DNA from: Eukaryota sp. TZLM1-RC
Taxonomy: Eukaryota; Protista; Metamonada: BaSk clade
Reading direction: 5' to 3'
DNA: 64,000 nucleotides
NCBI GenBank assembly: GCA_040285825.1
Contig: JAUPSS010000010.1
Span: 1,114,881-1,178,880, forward strand
The notes under the pieces are model-generated. The model did no database searches and was not told the DNA's origin. It saw nothing but the letters and a program-made list of their open reading frames with translations. Of this stretch, positions 1-11,309 are shown in pieces. The translations under genes were made by a program, and so were the position numbers. Each line of letters opens with the position of its first letter. Position 1 is the stretch's first letter.

Positions 1-539
1 ATGAGTTTTACCAAGTGTTGTGATCAGTTAAAATACTTTATTTTGACATTAGCATTCAAGGTAAATTCTTTTAGGTGAAGTGTTGGGTTGTTTATTTCGT
101 GTACAAATTTTCAAATTAAATTTCTTTTATCAGTAAATATTTTCTTTGCAATTCATCCTTTTTGTCTTTTTTGTGGAGTTGTTCAATTCAGCTGGGAGGA
201 AATATAATGTTTCATTTGATTAATTTTATATTTTTTTTATTTTATTTTTTTATCAAGATGGTGTTATTCAAGCATATGAACCTCAACTAATGAGCAATCA
301 AGCTAAGAAGATAATGTCCAATTTTCAGAATCTTTTTGTCAGTATTGTGTATTAATTTCATAATAAAATGTTGTTTCAGCAGTTGTGTAGTTTATGAGTT
401 GATTCGATTTTAGTTTCAAAGATTAAGTCCTAGTTCTAAAATTATATCAATTTAATAGTTAGTTCTAATGGCCACTTGAACAAGGCTGAGGTTCGGTAAC
501 GAAACAAATATGATGAGTTATTAAATGATTAAATAAGAA

Positions 540-790
540 CCTTTAGTCGAAGTTTTCTTTTGTTCCTTTTGCCTTCTCGTTTTTTGGTAACATTGGTCAT
601 TCTGGTTTGTATTTTCTCAATGATTTTGATAATCTTTGGCGTTTAAGTGGTACGAATTTTGCTGGGTAATTAATATTAATTTTGCTTTAAATAGAAGGGT
701 TCCCAAGTGTTTACATTTAATGATGTCTAAGCTTTACAAGTATTCTTCAAGAGTTGGTGTGGAGAATTTTGTTTCTTATGTGTTTTTATT
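540..790 (+). mobile_element. Decayed 3' fragment of RLE-type non-LTR retrotransposon (family B-like)
   Basis: Frameshifted translation resembling FVPFAFSFFGNIGHSGLYFLNDFD, similar to the PF(V/A)FSLxGxL..FLDDF C-terminal motif of other retroelement copies in the window; boundaries approximate. Confidence 0.5.
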
Positions 791-829
791 TGTATTGTTT
801 TAATTTGTTTTGTTTTGTATTTACGTAGA

Positions 830-1045
830 AATAGATCTGATAGAATTAAACCACTTGTTTTTACTGCTTCCCCATTTTCTATAAACCGAATACTTTCATT
901 AGAAGCAGGAACTTTTTTGAATAATGTCCAAGTAATGGTTCAAGAAAAAACAATGAAAAGACTTGGTATCTTCTTATGATGTTCTCTAATTCAATTTGCC
1001 ATTATTAATAAATAAGCTCAATATTTCAATCGAATTAGACAAAAA
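830..1045 (+). mobile_element. Decayed 3' fragment of non-LTR retrotransposon family A
   Basis: DNA similarity to 14880-15090 (caagaaaaaacaatgaaaaga...ttcaatttgccattattaata...ttcaatcgaat) with in-frame stops. Confidence 0.7.
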
Positions 1046-1553
1046 ATTAATTAATAAATTAATTAGAAATTAAACAAAAATTTACGTGGAAATATAAATT
1101 TCTTTGAAATATCAGTTTGTTTTTATTTACTGTTATACCCTGTGTTTGATGAAGATTTTTTAGTACAATTTAAGCTTTTATTAATAGTTGAATGAAATGC
1201 AATCCATCTAAATCATTTTTCTTTCGAAACTCAAAATGGATTCCAAACAATAATATATTGATTTTGCATAGAAATTTCTATCCCATGGGAAATTCCTATA
1301 CCAGGTAAAACCAGGATGTGTTTAGAGTGATTACTTTATCAGCATTAAGCAATAAGAAAGAACAAGTTTCCCAACTGAAACTCCAGTTGTGAAATGGTCC
1401 GATTTGAAAGACCTTTCCAAACAGTGCACAGGATTCAAAGTCTTGCTGAGCTTTTGCTCGACTGTCAATCCTGGAATCTTTGAGGATGATTTGTCAAGGG
1501 AGCAGAAAATGTCATAGGGGTAAAAACCTTTGTTTTATTCCTCCCTCCTTACA

Positions 1554-2636
1554 ATGATGCAACAGCCTCAAATGATGTACGCTCAGCCTCAAATGATGAT
1601 GGTTCCAGGTCAACCAATGATGATGGCTCCCCAACCTTATCCCCAAAACCCAGGCTTCATCCAAAACGTTAAGTCAATGCCAAAGAAGAAGAAGGGATGC
1701 TGTGCTTGTTTGTTTTAGTCTTTTTTAATAACATCAGGCTTCTGCTGCTTACTTTTATTGATCTTAATCACCGCCATCGTTGCGTTGATTCTTAAACTAG
1801 GTCAGTGCTCAACATTGGACCATGACCGCGAGTGGACTATCGAAGATGTTTCATCAGGTTTTGAAATTCGCTCAATGAAAGGAACCTTCCAGACAGTACA
1901 GTGTGAAACCTGTATCACTCCTGAACTTCACATCATTCAACGCAATTCCCGCGACGTGTTCCCCGAGCCAAACACCAACACTACTGATGATGATGGAATC
2001 TATAAGTTTGTTGCTGAAGAAAGCCACTTGAATTGGTTCATTGATTGTTATACCACTGATGTCACACTTTATGTTCCTCTCCTCAACGCCAAAATTCCTT
2101 ACATCAAGGTTGATTTCGATGTAGGCTTCATCACTAAGGATTATGACCACAAGGACTCTGTTCACATGGATGTCGATCTCGAGGTTGCTCACTTTGATCT
2201 CATTGTCAGAAAGGAATCTGCTTTGATCAAAAAGCTCGTAACTCAGCAAGTGGTCCTAGATACAACAGTCAAGGCTACTCTTACCCTTAAAGAAATCGAC
2301 TCTGAACTCGAAAAGGAATGTAAGGTAAAGACAAACTTTGGAACACAATCCTTAGATGCCAGCTTTGCCTCTGGAGCCACTGGATTCAACATTGAAATGA
2401 CCTCTGGTACTGGAAACGCTAGATTAACTCTCAATAACAAGTCTTCCACTGGAGGCAAATTGAAGGTCATTCGTGAACAAAATGGTGAAGATAAGCGGTT
2501 CTCTTTGGATGGTAAAAGCACAGAAACTCCTTATGAACAAGATTGGGGAGAACATGCTACTGATGAAAACAATGTCTCTATTTCTCTCAAAAGTAGAATG
2601 GAACCTGGTAAGGTTACTGTTCAACTTGAGGATTAG
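1554..2636 (+). CDS. Type II membrane protein: Pro/Gln/Met-rich N-terminus, KKKK plus Cys cluster, one TM helix, beta-rich ectodomain; two exons (1554-1707, 1738-2636)
   Basis: Removing the 30-nt intron 1708-1737 (GTTTG...CATCAG) fuses ORFs 1530..1718 and 1758..2636 in frame, giving KKKKGCCACFCCLLLLILITAIVALIL. Confidence 0.75.
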
Positions 2637-3334
2637 TTTGAATGGTAGCATGCATTGTATAGAATTTATAATAACATTTTTGAACATCTTTGTTTTGAAT
2701 AAATCTTTTTTGACTTTATCAGTATTATTTCTGCACTTCATATGACCCAACCACGGCTTGAGATTTCAGAATTTAACGAACTGCCATTAATATTTACAGG
2801 AATTTCTGGGAAGTATTAGATTGTATTATGAGCTTTTTGATTATTTCTCAGTTGTTTATTTGGTGAAATTATATATGAAAGCAACAATTTCTGAAGTCGA
2901 CCAATTATTCAAGTGTTTGCATTGCGTCACGTCAATATATCATCATTTATGAAATAAAAGCGTGTAGCACGAAACTTGAGATATTGTTGATGGTAATAAA
3001 CCTAGAGAAACAAGTTTATTTGAGGAATGTTAAAGTTGTTCATAAGGTGAGGAAACCAAGAAATGCAACCTCAATAGGTATTGAAATGAAAAATTGATAC
3101 ATTGATTTGTAGCAAATCCTGGAATTTATGTAGAGAAACCTTGAGTTATGTCTCAAACATGTCTACTATGTTCCTTTTCTAGTTATTTCTCCGGAAGGCT
3201 GAATAACCGAACACATAAATCTTTATTTTTCTGTAGAAACGATGAGAATTCAATGATTTGAGTTAATAATGTTGGGTACTAAACCCAATCGTGATTCGTG
3301 AAACCCTCTTAATAGCTCTACCTTTTATCACCAA

Positions 3335-4999
3335 ATGACAGAGTCTCTTTATCCCAGCATCTTTGCCATCATTTCTACAGTTACAGGGGTTGGAGTTCTC
3401 ATGATCCCGTGGAGTTTCAGTCAGTTTGGTGTCGTTTTAGCAACAGTTGTTACTCTTATCTCTCTTTCTCTCATCATCTTCACTCTCTACTGTATGACTT
3501 GGACCTCAGAAAGAACTCAACTCTATTCCTTCAAAACCATTGCTGAAGCAGTGTTTGGTCGTCGTATAGCACTCACGCTCGCCATGATCATACCTATATA
3601 CTGCGTCCTGCTACTCAGCGGCTATACAGTCCTCATCGGGGACATTAGCTCATCCCTGGCTTCTGAACTTACTGGGGTCGACACTAACACCACTTGGTAC
3701 ACCGATAGACGTCTCCTCACTGCAGTTCTTCTCTACTTCATCGTATTTCCCTTAGCCTCTCAACCAACCCTACATGCACTACGTCACTTCTCTGTTCTTT
3801 CTCTCCTTGCAGTGATTTACTTAACTTCTCTCACACTCATCACCGCCCTTTCAAAGTTGTTTGGTAACCCAATCTATGAAGTTCCGCACCAGGTCGACTA
3901 TTCTATTTTTAGATTCACTCCCAATTCATTCACAGCATTTTCCACCATTTCCTTGGCCTTTGCTTGCCAACTAACCATTCCATCCATTTTCAAGGAACTC
4001 AAACCAAGGAATGCCAAGACCATGATCAAGGTGATTAACACTTCATTATCAATTGTTGGTGGTTCTTATTTGGTTTTGTGTTTGAGTTCTTATTACTTAT
4101 ATGGTGATAACATTACTGAAAATATTTTATTATCTTTGGATAAAAATTCCGGATTTGTGAGTGTTATTAATTTTCTATTCTTGTCTGTGATTCTTGTTGT
4201 CTATGGCGTTTTGTTTTCTGGAATAAGAGATTCCTTAACTGATTTATATATTGATTTTAAATTGAAAAAACCAATAACTATTCCTGACCGGTCGATTCCC
4301 GAATCAATTGACGTGACAGTTGCCGAAAGTGAAATAGCTTCGGATTTTTCGACCATATCAAGACGATCCAGCGTTGCTGATGTGAAATCAATGGATGAAC
4401 AGTATTCAGAAGACAGTGATGATAGCAAGAAGAGCAAGGCGTTCTCTAGGACTTCTTCAATTGCTTCGCTTGTCAGTATGGCTTCAAGGAAACTTTCCTC
4501 TTTGAGTAGGAGGTCATCAGCTGTGGAGAGCCCTGAAGTAGCCCTCAATTTGCTTTCTTCTGATAATGACCTCGACACCAACACCCTTGATCTACCATCA
4601 GTTCCTGCGCCCAGGTCTACCTTGGCCTCTATCCAGGAGCACGAACTTGAAGACAGATTGGGAGTGTCGAGGAGAGGAACACCAGAACTCAGCAGTGCTC
4701 ACGAAAAGGGTGGTGTAACTGAAATTTGTTTGAGTAAAGGATATAGACGTTTAGCTGCTTTCTCTTGTGTTTCAATGACGTTTGGGGTATCCATTCTGAC
4801 CACTAGTATTGCTTCTGTTTTTGGCTTGGCTTCCTCAAGTTTTGGGATGGTTTTGGTGTTTTTCTTTCCTATTGGTTCTTATTGGGTAGCTTGTAAGGAC
4901 AGAATTTCTTCTTTTCAGAAGTTTTTGTGTTTTGTGTGCGTGGGCTTGGGAGTTTTCATGACTGTTTTTGGCACATGGAGTTCAATTAGGTCTTTTTAG
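3335..4999 (+). CDS. Amino acid transporter, AAAP/SLC38 (Aa_trans) family, with long Ser-rich insertion before the last TM helices
   Basis: TVTGVGVLMIPWSF TM1 motif, AFACQLTIPSIFKEL motif, about 11 hydrophobic segments. Confidence 0.85.
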   Translation: MTESLYPSIFAIISTVTGVGVLMIPWSFSQFGVVLATVVTLISLSLIIFTLYCMTWTSERTQLYSFKTIAEAVFGRRIALTLAMIIPIYCVLLLSGYTVLIGDISSSLASELTGVDTNTTWYTDRRLLTAVLLYFIVFPLASQPTLHALRHFSVLSLLAVIYLTSLTLITALSKLFGNPIYEVPHQVDYSIFRFTPNSFTAFSTISLAFACQLTIPSIFKELKPRNAKTMIKVINTSLSIVGGSYLVLCLSSYYLYGDNITENILLSLDKNSGFVSVINFLFLSVILVVYGVLFSGIRDSLTDLYIDFKLKKPITIPDRSIPESIDVTVAESEIASDFSTISRRSSVADVKSMDEQYSEDSDDSKKSKAFSRTSSIASLVSMASRKLSSLSRRSSAVESPEVALNLLSSDNDLDTNTLDLPSVPAPRSTLASIQEHELEDRLGVSRRGTPELSSAHEKGGVTEICLSKGYRRLAAFSCVSMTFGVSILTTSIASVFGLASSSFGMVLVFFFPIGSYWVACKDRISSFQKFLCFVCVGLGVFMTVFGTWSSIRSF

Positions 5000-5278
5000 T
5001 TTGATTAGTTTTATATTTTTGTTTGCGGTATAAATGTCTAGTTTTTCATTTCATGTTTACAGTTTTCACGTTCTTGTCTTGATGTTGAAACAACAACTGT
5101 TGACGAAGTGAAACAGTAATTTAAAGAACTAAAAAGGAGAAAAGTAGAGTGAAATTTATAAAGTATAGTCAACTCAAATCAACCAGTAATATACAAATGC
5201 AAAAATAAAATTAAAGAAAACCAAATAAAAATGATAAACTCTACCACGAAGATTATTCAAAGCAGGCCACTATAAGAC

Positions 5279-5623
5279 TCACTGACCAATCAACTTCTGA
5301 AGCTGAGTTTCCTGCTGTTGAAGGTTTAAGAGTCTGGCCTTTCTTGCACTGATCTGTAACTGCAGCATAGCAACACGTCGCTCAGTATCTATTTTGAGTT
5401 GTTCTTTGCGGTTCCGAAGGCCAAGAACGCGTATCTTAGCTCGAGAAACGATTTCGCGAAGCTCTGAGAGAGGTGATATAACATCATTAACGGTAGTTGT
5501 GTGGTTCTTGAACTGCTCAGCAAATTCTGAAAGTTCGTCAACCAATTCTTTGGACTGGTGAAAGCAAGAAGGATCTAACAAGCGAAGTTTGTTGTCATCA
5601 TCGAGTAATACAGAGCTTTCCAT
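5279..5623 (-). CDS. IFT20: Intraflagellar transport protein 20
   Basis: 114 aa; DDDNKLRLLDP...SKEL..E..EF and KIRVLGLRN followed by coiled coil match the IFT20 pattern. Confidence 0.8.
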   Translation of the reverse strand: MESSVLLDDDNKLRLLDPSCFHQSKELVDELSEFAEQFKNHTTTVNDVISPLSELREIVSRAKIRVLGLRNRKEQLKIDTERRVAMLQLQISARKARLLNLQQQETQLQKLIGQ

Positions 5624-5730
5624 TGTATTGTGGGATTGTGGTGAAGATATTTTTTATCTTCAAAAAGACTTCCACCATTTCAATATCAATAATCCGTTTA
5701 ATCCTTTACACATTACTGTGATTCTAGACA

Positions 5731-6405
5731 ATGTCCTCAAATACCATCGTTGATGCCATGACAAGAGCTTGGATCAATGAGCTTCATGCACCTGAAATTC
5801 TTCCTCTTGATTCGCAACTACTCACAGACTTTAACGAAAGTATAACTACTCAAGAAAGTCATCTCGTTATGGATGATCAACAAAGTCTCACAGAAATTGA
5901 CAGAGAACTGCTGAGGGTTTACAGATATGAAATTGACCGACAGCGTTACATGCTCGCCCATTACCTCGCCAAACGTATTGAAAAAATTGAGAAACATTGG
6001 ACCATTCTCTACCGTCAATACCTACAGTCCGAGTCGAGTCAACCCGACGGATCGGCAGAAGACAACCAATGGAACAGGCTGACCCCTGCAGAACAAGAGT
6101 TTTTGTTAGGTTTTGTGCATACTTTGGAACAGCATTTCCACAACAGCATGCTTCAATTCATCCATGATCCCTCTCTTCAACTATTCTCTGTCCTTCCCGA
6201 CTCCACCACTGACTGTGTTCCTGTTGCTAAAGAGTCCGTCCCCCTTGATAATGAGATGGTGTTTTTAAAACCACTTGAAGATATTGGCACATTTATGATT
6301 TCTGATGATGGTACTACAATTGATTTTCAAAAAGGCAGTCTTTATTATTTAAAGTATAAATTTATAAGAGAATTGCTACAAAATGGACAGGTTGAGCTTA
6401 TTTAA
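5731..6405 (+). CDS. SLD5: GINS complex subunit Sld5 (GINS4)
   Basis: AWINELHAPEILP, EIDRQRYMLAHYLAKRIEKIEK and C-terminal YYLKYKFIRELLQNGQVELI are typical of Sld5. Confidence 0.85.
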   Translation: MSSNTIVDAMTRAWINELHAPEILPLDSQLLTDFNESITTQESHLVMDDQQSLTEIDRELLRVYRYEIDRQRYMLAHYLAKRIEKIEKHWTILYRQYLQSESSQPDGSAEDNQWNRLTPAEQEFLLGFVHTLEQHFHNSMLQFIHDPSLQLFSVLPDSTTDCVPVAKESVPLDNEMVFLKPLEDIGTFMISDDGTTIDFQKGSLYYLKYKFIRELLQNGQVELI

Positions 6406-6479
6406 AAAAACAAAATCTATTTGGAATTATTTTTAATAATTTAAATACTATATTTGAGAAATTAAAACAAACTAAATAA

Positions 6480-7343
6480 TCAAAACTTGGAAGTACAACA
6501 TGTCAGCCTACAAGACAAATCTTCTGAACACACTGGTTCCAGGTTTGTAGTCATTATTGACACCTTACCTTGGGCACCTGCAATTCCAATGTAGTTATTA
6601 TTATTGTTTTTTACAATAGATATCCCTCTAATTCGCTGTTCAAATTCGATAGACTGTGAATTTAGTAAGTTTTCAAAGTCTTTTAAGCTACATTTGATCA
6701 ATTTTTGGTTCAACGAGATAAAAATATCTTTGCCTACTATTTCTAGTTCTTTTGCACTTCCTCTCAACCCTATACGTCGTTGCACACTCGAGTCCAGATC
6801 AACAAGGATAACATCTTCCATGGTGGTAATGACCAACTGAGAGCCAGATGGTGAAAACTTGCTTGAAATTGGGATTCCGGAAAGAGGTTGTGTGGAAGTA
6901 ATGGTAAACTTTTTGAGATCCACAAGGTGAAATTCCTTCTTGTCAGTGAGAACTACACAAAAGGAGCCAGAGGGATGCATGGAGATGGAAGCGATACCTC
7001 CATCTAGCTTGATTTGCTTGATGAAGCTCCAATCTGAAGTTCTGGTGAGGATTAAACAACCATCCCGATCACCAGAGACGAGAAATGAATCTTTATCAGT
7101 GAAGGCCAAGGAAGAGACAGTGGAAGAGTGAGAGAACAGAGAGGTAACTTCTCTCAACTTTTTAACGTCAAAAACATGAATTATTTCGTCTGATGAACCA
7201 GAAGCGAAGAACTTTGAGCCACAAGAAATAGATTTGACAGAATCAAGATGCGTGACATGCTGGAAGACATTTGTAAGAGAGTCATTAGAAAACTTCATCC
7301 CCAAGAGAGAACGTTCATAACATCCACAGATGAATAGGGTCAT
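6480..7343 (-). CDS. WD40 protein, MAK11/PAK1IP1-like (60S biogenesis)
   Basis: First ATG at 7343; ICGCYERSLLG...HLDSVKS...ASGSSDEIIHVFD N-terminal signature; WD repeats. Confidence 0.75.
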   Translation of the reverse strand: MTLFICGCYERSLLGMKFSNDSLTNVFQHVTHLDSVKSISCGSKFFASGSSDEIIHVFDVKKLREVTSLFSHSSTVSSLAFTDKDSFLVSGDRDGCLILTRTSDWSFIKQIKLDGGIASISMHPSGSFCVVLTDKKEFHLVDLKKFTITSTQPLSGIPISSKFSPSGSQLVITTMEDVILVDLDSSVQRRIGLRGSAKELEIVGKDIFISLNQKLIKCSLKDFENLLNSQSIEFEQRIRGISIVKNNNNNYIGIAGAQGKVSIMTTNLEPVCSEDLSCRLTCCTSKF

Positions 7344-7647
7344 GTTTACAGAATTGGAAAGGTGAATCAGATGGAACAATTTGATTTGAACTAAGATTCA
7401 TATCTTGTCTTTTTTCCTTGTTTAGGATCTGGTTCAAGGATCATGGATATTGTGAAACTTAACAAATCCACTGTTGTTGTAGAAATGTAGTAATTGTTGG
7501 TAAGATCATTTGTATGGAAGAAGTTATCATGGATATTGAAATTCAAACCTAAAAACCATATTTAAAAAGTAGCCACCACAAACCATCATGCAGGAACAAC
7601 TACATAAAAAACTTAGATAATGAAAACTTATTTATTTACAAATCACA

Positions 7648-8106
7648 TCACAGTACACTGTCGAATGTGTTAACCAAGCCTTTCAGTGACACTGGGCAAT
7701 CCAGAGATGGGCACGCTTCATACTTTTCAGTATGCCTGGTCAGCACTTCACGTTCTTGGTGAAGCTTCTCAATTAACTCTTGGTTTTGGGTAATCAAGAC
7801 CAATGAAGATTCTACGTCCCTTCGCTTTGACCTTTTCGAGTAGTTTGAGCTTCCAATGAATGTCATGGCTGAGGTTTGGTTTGGGAAAACATAGACTGCC
7901 TTGCCATGGTAGCGCCATCCTGGTCTTGTATAGACAAAGGTACGAACGGACTGGGAGAGTTTACAAAGAAGACGGCGTAGTACGTAGTCATAAGCACGAG
8001 GTACAATGTTTGGGGTTTTCCTGATAACAAAGTATAGATGAATGACCAGAATGACTGTGAGTGTAACAACAATGGTATCAAATACTAGTAATATAGACAG
8101 AGACAT
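7648..8106 (-). CDS. PGS1: C-terminal half of CDP-DAG:glycerol-3-phosphate phosphatidyltransferase (PGS1, PLD superfamily), second HKD-type motif
   Basis: VPRAY...YTRPGWRYHGK...TFIGSSNYSKRS..RDVES.LVLIT.N.EL is the PGS1 C-terminal signature; it is preceded by a 29-aa hydrophobic leader that is not PGS1-like. Confidence 0.85.
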   Translation of the reverse strand: MSLSILLVFDTIVVTLTVILVIHLYFVIRKTPNIVPRAYDYVLRRLLCKLSQSVRTFVYTRPGWRYHGKAVYVFPNQTSAMTFIGSSNYSKRSKRRDVESSLVLITQNQELIEKLHQEREVLTRHTEKYEACPSLDCPVSLKGLVNTFDSVL

Positions 8107-8124
8107 GTAATCAGAAATTTGAAA

Positions 8125-8530
8125 TCATTTATTCGAATTCAATTTGATAATCCTCATTCAAACGCTGAAAATTCCAAAATCAAACAATGCAATGAACTTT
8201 TGTCCAAATTGTCCCGCCAACAGCATGCAAAATACAATTGGTATCCATTTGTTTTTTCTCTTTTTGCTTCGCTTGCTCCCACGGCTATACGTTTTTTGCA
8301 GATTTTGAAATGATTGTAAAGAGAAGAACTAACAGAAATTTCAACAGATTGTTTTGGCAAAATACAATTGTGTTTTCTATTCTTAAGGGGATGTTGCAGA
8401 CGGTTTTTGATGCTTTGCTTTCTCTTGGATCTCACTATGAGAGAGTTGCATATAGTTGTTTTGTTTTGGGAGAGATGGATTATTTAGATATTGATTAATA
8501 AGTTTTCCTATAAATATATGTAATTAAAAA
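8125..8530 (+). mobile_element. 3' fragment of RLE-type non-LTR retrotransposon family B
   Basis: YPFVFSLFASL...FWQNTIVFSILKG...GEMDYLDID followed by an A-rich tail; related to 21580-22274, 42490-42870 and 59340-60010. Confidence 0.75.
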
Positions 8531-9266
8531 AAGTAAAAAAAAGCGTATGATTCAAAAAAAATTTGATTAAGAATTTGTTTTAGTTATCAAAAGTTTGTTG
8601 ATTAATTCTTTGTACCAACCATCTTCAATAAATGTAAATCACACGTGCATTCAGCCACTGTGAGTCCGTGTCAAGATTGAAGGTTTTTCGATCAATAATG
8701 TCTACAAAGTAAGCTTTTAAATTCCCGAGATCTTTTGTTCTGGTTTACAAAAAGACTGTAACATGGTTGTTACTTTACCGTTCAATTGGTTCCTCTTATA
8801 TATAGAAGGTAGCTCAAAGGACTTGGATGTGATGGAAAATCAATTGATTACATCAACACTATATTCTTTATAAAAACGGAAGAAACAAATAAAACAAATG
8901 CTCTATTGAATTATTCTTTTGAATTTCTTCAACTGTGGTTTTTACTGTATTTCAATTTCTACAATACATGAACAAGAGCTGACAAAAAGGAAATTCTTGG
9001 AATATGTCGTTCAGTTTTCATCATTCTTGGAAACAGAAAAATAAACAGATTCCACTCATGGACAGAAAAGGGCGTCCATAAAACACCTTTCTGAGATAGT
9101 GTAATTTGAGGAGAAATTAAATTTGACTCAGATCTAATAATGGATAAATGGCCACGGTTTCACCAACTTGAAGCCACCAGAAAACCATCAAAATGACACG
9201 TAAGCATGACGACTATCGAACTTTTAAATATTTTGCTTCACCATTCATATCTCATCTCATATCACA

Positions 9267-11309
9267 ATGTCTCACCTAGAATGCGGAATATGCCTTCAGA
9301 TCATGGAGCAACCGACCACGCTCCCTTGTGGTCATAGCTTCTGTCGTGATCGATGTCTGTTGCCCTCAAGGAAGCATAACTCCACCTGTCCTCAATGCCG
9401 CGAGTTGATTCCTTCCATGTGCCACCGTGTTAACATCACTCTGCGCGACATCATTGAATCCTCCACTCAACACTCTCCCGAACCTCAACTCTGTAAAGGA
9501 TGCGAAGAAGCTCCTGCCACCCTCTTCTGCTCTGACTGTGATCTCTCTTTCTGTGAGAAATGCTCTGCTGGTGTTCACGCAATGAAAGCATTCCAATCCC
9601 ACAACATCGTACCCCTCTCCGAACGCTCAAATGTCTCCCTACCAAAATGCCCTCACCATAAGGGTAAGCAAATCGAGCATTATTGCACCAAGTGCAAGGT
9701 TGCTCTATGCGATTCATGTGGCTTGCTCCAAGGCCACTCGCTCCATCACGAAGCTCTTGTTTCTTTTTCGCAAGCCAAGGAAGCCTTCACAAAGCAAATT
9801 CAAGAGTTTCAAGCCAATACTTCCACTATTACCCCCTTGGTAGCTCAATCAGGGGATAAAGTAGAATCTGTCGTAAAGGAAACCCTCAATCAATCCCAAT
9901 CAATACTACATGATTTGATTGGTGATTTGATTAGACAGTCAGGTCTCAGACTTCAGCAGTTAGAATCCTCAAATACTGTTGAAGAATCACTTGCTTTTGA
10001 TGGTGCTGCCAAGGAAAGAGCTCAAGAAGAGATTCAAAAGATGCATGATGTAGTTGATGAATTTAAAACTATTTTATTTTCTTGTTTTGATAATTTAGAA
10101 TCTGAAACTATTGGTTTTAAGCTATCTTTATTAGGAAAATTACTTGGCAAGGAGTTGATTGATGTTGACAAGCTGAATATTTCAAAAAGAGCTCAAGAAC
10201 TTGTCTTTGCTGCCCAAATTGGTCAAGATTGTGTCCCTTCAAGAGATGAAATTGATGAATTAATTCCTCTTGAAATTGACTTGGAATTAAAACAAAAATT
10301 AATTATCAATTTTATCAAAAATTCAAAATCAATTAATGTTTCAGATTTTATTTGGCTCTTTAACCTTGAATCTAATTTAGTTTCTAATATTGATTTTGAT
10401 TTTGTTATCACTAAATTGGAATTTGGTAGATTTTCCAATCATGAATTTTTCAATGTTTTTAATTTTGCAATTCAACATTCTAATTCTTTGTTATTAAGCA
10501 AGGTTATTGATAATTATTCATTTGAATTAGTTCCAGAATTACCAACTATTCCAAGTAATTTATTATCAAATATTACTTCAACAAATTTTTTAAATAAAAG
10601 AAAAGAAGAATGGTTGGAGAAGGTAATTAAAAAGAATTGTTCAAGGGACAATATTGGTGAAATTTCCAGAAGTTTATTAGGAAGGGAATTGATGACCAAA
10701 ATTAGTGTTGGGGTTTGGGTTGATTCAGGTCACATAAACGACCTAACCACCAAGCTTAATAAAGGTTTAACTGAAAATTGGGGGGATTTAGAAGTTGTTA
10801 TTAATTCAAGTGGCAACGGCATCAACAATTACAACGAACTTGAACTCTTTGATGTGGTGGTGTTGGCTTCTCGCCATGTCTCTTGTCCAGGCCAATACCT
10901 AAACCAGCTGATAGAAGCTGGTAAAGGTTTGGTTTTGTTCAACTGGCGTCCATCACACAGTCCCCAAGGGTTTAATTACTCTTGCTTTAGTGAGGGCAAA
11001 TTCACTAACCTTGGATCACAACAACAAAACATTGTTAAAACAAAGTCAAATGACCCAATATTCACAAATGTCAACTCTTTTGCTGTTCTTTATGCTCGTA
11101 AAGATGCCCAACTTGTTAATGGAACCTTGTTGGCAAGTGTGTCTAATGGAAGTCCTTTAATTGCAAAGAATGAAATAGGACAAGGTAGAATGGTGGAGTT
11201 TGGTTGTGGTAATTGGAGTAGTGATGTTTGTGACGATGGTTGGCAAAGCTCAACTGATGGTCACAGGTTGTTTGCCAATTCTATTGTATGGGCTAGTAAA
11301 GGGATTTAG
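9267..11309 (+). CDS. TRIM-like protein: RING, two B-boxes, coiled coil and an alpha/beta C-terminal domain (putative E3 ligase)
   Basis: C3HC4 RING (CGIC...LPCGHSFC..C...CPQCR), B-box1 (CKGC...CSDC..SFCEKC...H...H), B-box2 (CPHH...YCTKC..LCDSC...H..H). Confidence 0.85.
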   Translation: MSHLECGICLQIMEQPTTLPCGHSFCRDRCLLPSRKHNSTCPQCRELIPSMCHRVNITLRDIIESSTQHSPEPQLCKGCEEAPATLFCSDCDLSFCEKCSAGVHAMKAFQSHNIVPLSERSNVSLPKCPHHKGKQIEHYCTKCKVALCDSCGLLQGHSLHHEALVSFSQAKEAFTKQIQEFQANTSTITPLVAQSGDKVESVVKETLNQSQSILHDLIGDLIRQSGLRLQQLESSNTVEESLAFDGAAKERAQEEIQKMHDVVDEFKTILFSCFDNLESETIGFKLSLLGKLLGKELIDVDKLNISKRAQELVFAAQIGQDCVPSRDEIDELIPLEIDLELKQKLIINFIKNSKSINVSDFIWLFNLESNLVSNIDFDFVITKLEFGRFSNHEFFNVFNFAIQHSNSLLLSKVIDNYSFELVPELPTIPSNLLSNITSTNFLNKRKEEWLEKVIKKNCSRDNIGEISRSLLGRELMTKISVGVWVDSGHINDLTTKLNKGLTENWGDLEVVINSSGNGINNYNELELFDVVVLASRHVSCPGQYLNQLIEAGKGLVLFNWRPSHSPQGFNYSCFSEGKFTNLGSQQQNIVKTKSNDPIFTNVNSFAVLYARKDAQLVNGTLLASVSNGSPLIAKNEIGQGRMVEFGCGNWSSDVCDDGWQSSTDGHRLFANSIVWASKGI

